From a virus (lineage: Duplodnaviria; Caudoviricetes), in the IMG/VR virus record IMGVR_UViG_3300024264_000088, positions 1 to 35,712 of that record: a DNA stretch of 35,712 nucleotides. One strand, 5' to 3'. This document shows positions 34,162 through 35,712 of this stretch, in pieces. Within the stretch, counting starts at the first letter, position 1. Each line of letters starts with the position of its first letter. The position numbers and the translations under genes are program-made. The notes beneath the pieces were generated by a model. It saw nothing but the letters and a program-made list of their open reading frames with translations, searched no databases and was not told the origin of the DNA.

Positions 34162-35625
34162 TTATTGATACTTATACCTAATAATAACTATACCTGAACC
34201 GCCTGAACCACCTGCACCTGGTGTTTGAGAGTTAGGTGTTGAACTACCGCTACCGCCTCCTCCACCACCTCTGTTTGCTGTTCCAGCAGAACCAGCTGAT
34301 GAGTTAGAATTAGATAAACCTGCTGTACCATTTCCACCACCACCTGAACCACCTGGTCCATATGAGCCTGGTTGGCAAGCTTTACCGCCTCCGCCTCCGC
34401 CACCTGCGTAAGTTACGGAAGAACCTGTTATTGAATTTGCTGAGCCATCACCACCATGACCTTTTCCGATAGGATTAGGAACTCCTGGACCTCCTGTTTG
34501 TGAAGCGCCACCGCCACCTGCACCGTGTTCGCCATCTCCACCGCCTACAGGATTACTACCATTAGCGCCTTCGCCTCCGTCACTACCTTGTGAAGGACTT
34601 ACTGGTGGTGTATTACCATTTCCTTTTAAATTTCCTGATTGACCGCCACCGCCGCCACCTGAACCACCTGGTCCACCTGGATTACAGGCTGGTACATTTG
34701 AAGAACCTGCACCACCGCCAGCAGATGTTATTGTTGAAAAAGTTGAAACTGAACCACCACGGCCTGAAGAAGGAGCATTATCAAATGTTCCTGAAGGACT
34801 CGCACCTGCACCTCCAGCACCTATTGTAATTGGATAAGTTTGTGTCGTAACTGATAAACCGCCTGTATCTGGAGATGGATAATTTGTTCTATATCCACCG
34901 GCACCACCACCACCACCTCTTGCTTTACCGCCGCCACCGCCGGCAGCAACAACTAAATATTGTACTGAATTTGAACCAGTTGATGTGCCTGCGTTAGAAA
35001 CAACAAAGTTTGATGATGAATTAAATGTGTGAATTTTGTAACTACCAGATGTTGCAACTGTTCCGCCTGTAGCAGCTACATAACCAGCAACGACTAAATC
35101 ACCTACATTATGTTCGTCTGTAAATAACCAACCTTTTGTTGCGTCAACATAAACTAATGTTACTGAAGCCCTATTTGTTGTTAGTAGAGAATCGTTTGTA
35201 TCGCCTTGAATTTTATGTGAGTTTCTTCCAATTGTTAAATTATTTGTGGCAAATGTACCTGCATAATCTTTAATTTGAATTGTGTCGCCAATTGTAGCAC
35301 TTGATGGAAGCGTCATAGTTATTGCACCACCAGTTGTATTTACTATATAACCACGATTTGCAACCATAGTTGTATTTGAAGTTACAACAGATTGCCAATC
35401 TACACCTGCATTAGCAGTTATAGAAGCACCTAGATTTACTGAGGTGCCGTTAATTGTAAATGAAGAATTTGAAAGTTTTGCGTTAGCAATGGTAGAGTTG
35501 GCCAGTTTAGCACTTGTAAGTGTACTATCAGCAAACTCTGTGTTTTGAATAGTACCGTCTTCTATCTGACTCGTTGATACCGAGTTAGTTGCTAAACCGT
35601 CCTTTGGTAATTTTGTAAGTGCCAT
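34162..35625 (-). CDS. Glycine-rich virion fibre/adhesin protein (paralogue 1)
   Basis: Same architecture; ends GIVIIRYKYQ. Confidence 0.8.
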   Translation of the reverse strand: MALTKLPKDGLATNSVSTSQIEDGTIQNTEFADSTLTSAKLANSTIANAKLSNSSFTINGTSVNLGASITANAGVDWQSVVTSNTTMVANRGYIVNTTGGAITMTLPSSATIGDTIQIKDYAGTFATNNLTIGRNSHKIQGDTNDSLLTTNRASVTLVYVDATKGWLFTDEHNVGDLVVAGYVAATGGTVATSGSYKIHTFNSSSNFVVSNAGTSTGSNSVQYLVVAAGGGGGKARGGGGGAGGYRTNYPSPDTGGLSVTTQTYPITIGAGGAGASPSGTFDNAPSSGRGGSVSTFSTITSAGGGAGSSNVPACNPGGPGGSGGGGGGQSGNLKGNGNTPPVSPSQGSDGGEGANGSNPVGGGDGEHGAGGGGASQTGGPGVPNPIGKGHGGDGSANSITGSSVTYAGGGGGGGKACQPGSYGPGGSGGGGNGTAGLSNSNSSAGSAGTANRGGGGGGSGSSTPNSQTPGAGGSGGSGIVIIRYKYQ

Positions 35626-35648
35626 ATATTTTTAATACCCTCTACCAT

Positions 35649-35656
35649 TATTTATA
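35649..35656 (-). promoter_or_regulatory. T4 late promoter
   Basis: Exact TATAAATA 23 nt upstream of ATG 35625. Confidence 0.85.
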
Positions 35657-35712
35657 CTAAACTAAATGATAACGAAAACTAAGATTTATTAAAAAGTCTT
35701 TGTTTTCATTTT
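35657..35712 (-). CDS. 3' end of an upstream gene (partial, unidentified)
   Basis: Open frame NENKDFLINLSFRYHLV-TAG ending next to the late promoter; too short to assign. Confidence 0.35.
   Translation of the reverse strand, partial: NENKDFLINLSFRYHLV

Noticed and set aside
23998-34403. Alternative-frame minus-strand ORFs rich in V/A/Q inside Gly-rich genes (23998, 32700, 34188)
   Set aside because: Expected by-product of GGN-rich codons lacking stops in the shifted frame.
937-34829. Numerous plus-strand ORFs of 60-132 aa in the ORF track
   Set aside because: All are antisense shadows of well-supported minus-strand genes, with Ser/Phe/Leu- or Pro/Ala-biased composition and no recognisable motifs.
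23840-35625. Diversity-generating retroelement acting on the adhesin paralogues
   Set aside because: No reverse transcriptase in the window and no ~100-nt template/variable pair differing only at adenines; shared blocks are short and coding.

Overview
AT-rich segment of a T4-like (Tevenvirinae/Kyanoviridae-type) marine myovirus genome; every credible gene is on the minus strand. In transcription order (right to left): a fibre/adhesin module (two Gly-rich paralogues, small ORFs, BppU/LtfC-like adaptor, 726-, 390- and 166-aa fibre proteins), neck/tail gp13-gp14-gp15, an inserted island (third Gly-rich paralogue, flavin-dependent halogenase, three 2OG-Fe(II) oxygenases), gp16, a mini ParB/Srx-like ORF and another oxygenase, gp17-gp18-gp19-gp20, five small head-region ORFs, gp21-gp22-gp23, gp3, uvsY, oxygenase, uvsW, an Sm-like ORF, gp55, gp47, oxygenase, gp46 and a peptide deformylase that runs off the left edge. 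Peptide deformylase, many oxygenases and low GC fit a SAR11-type pelagimyophage (inference only). T4 late promoters (TATAAATA) are abundant. Best leads: (1) a halogenase plus six 2OG-Fe(II) oxygenases embedded among late virion genes next to Pro/Gly-rich adhesins, a candidate virion-protein modification system; (2) a consensus sigma70 promoter pointing antisense, back-to-back with a leaderless-type gp55 promoter and next to an Sm-like gene; (3) late promoter variants placed exactly 5 nt before start codons; (4) a repeat/hairpin-structured gp18 leader; (5) a modular, possibly daisy-chained fibre set. All family calls are from motif recognition by eye, not database searches.
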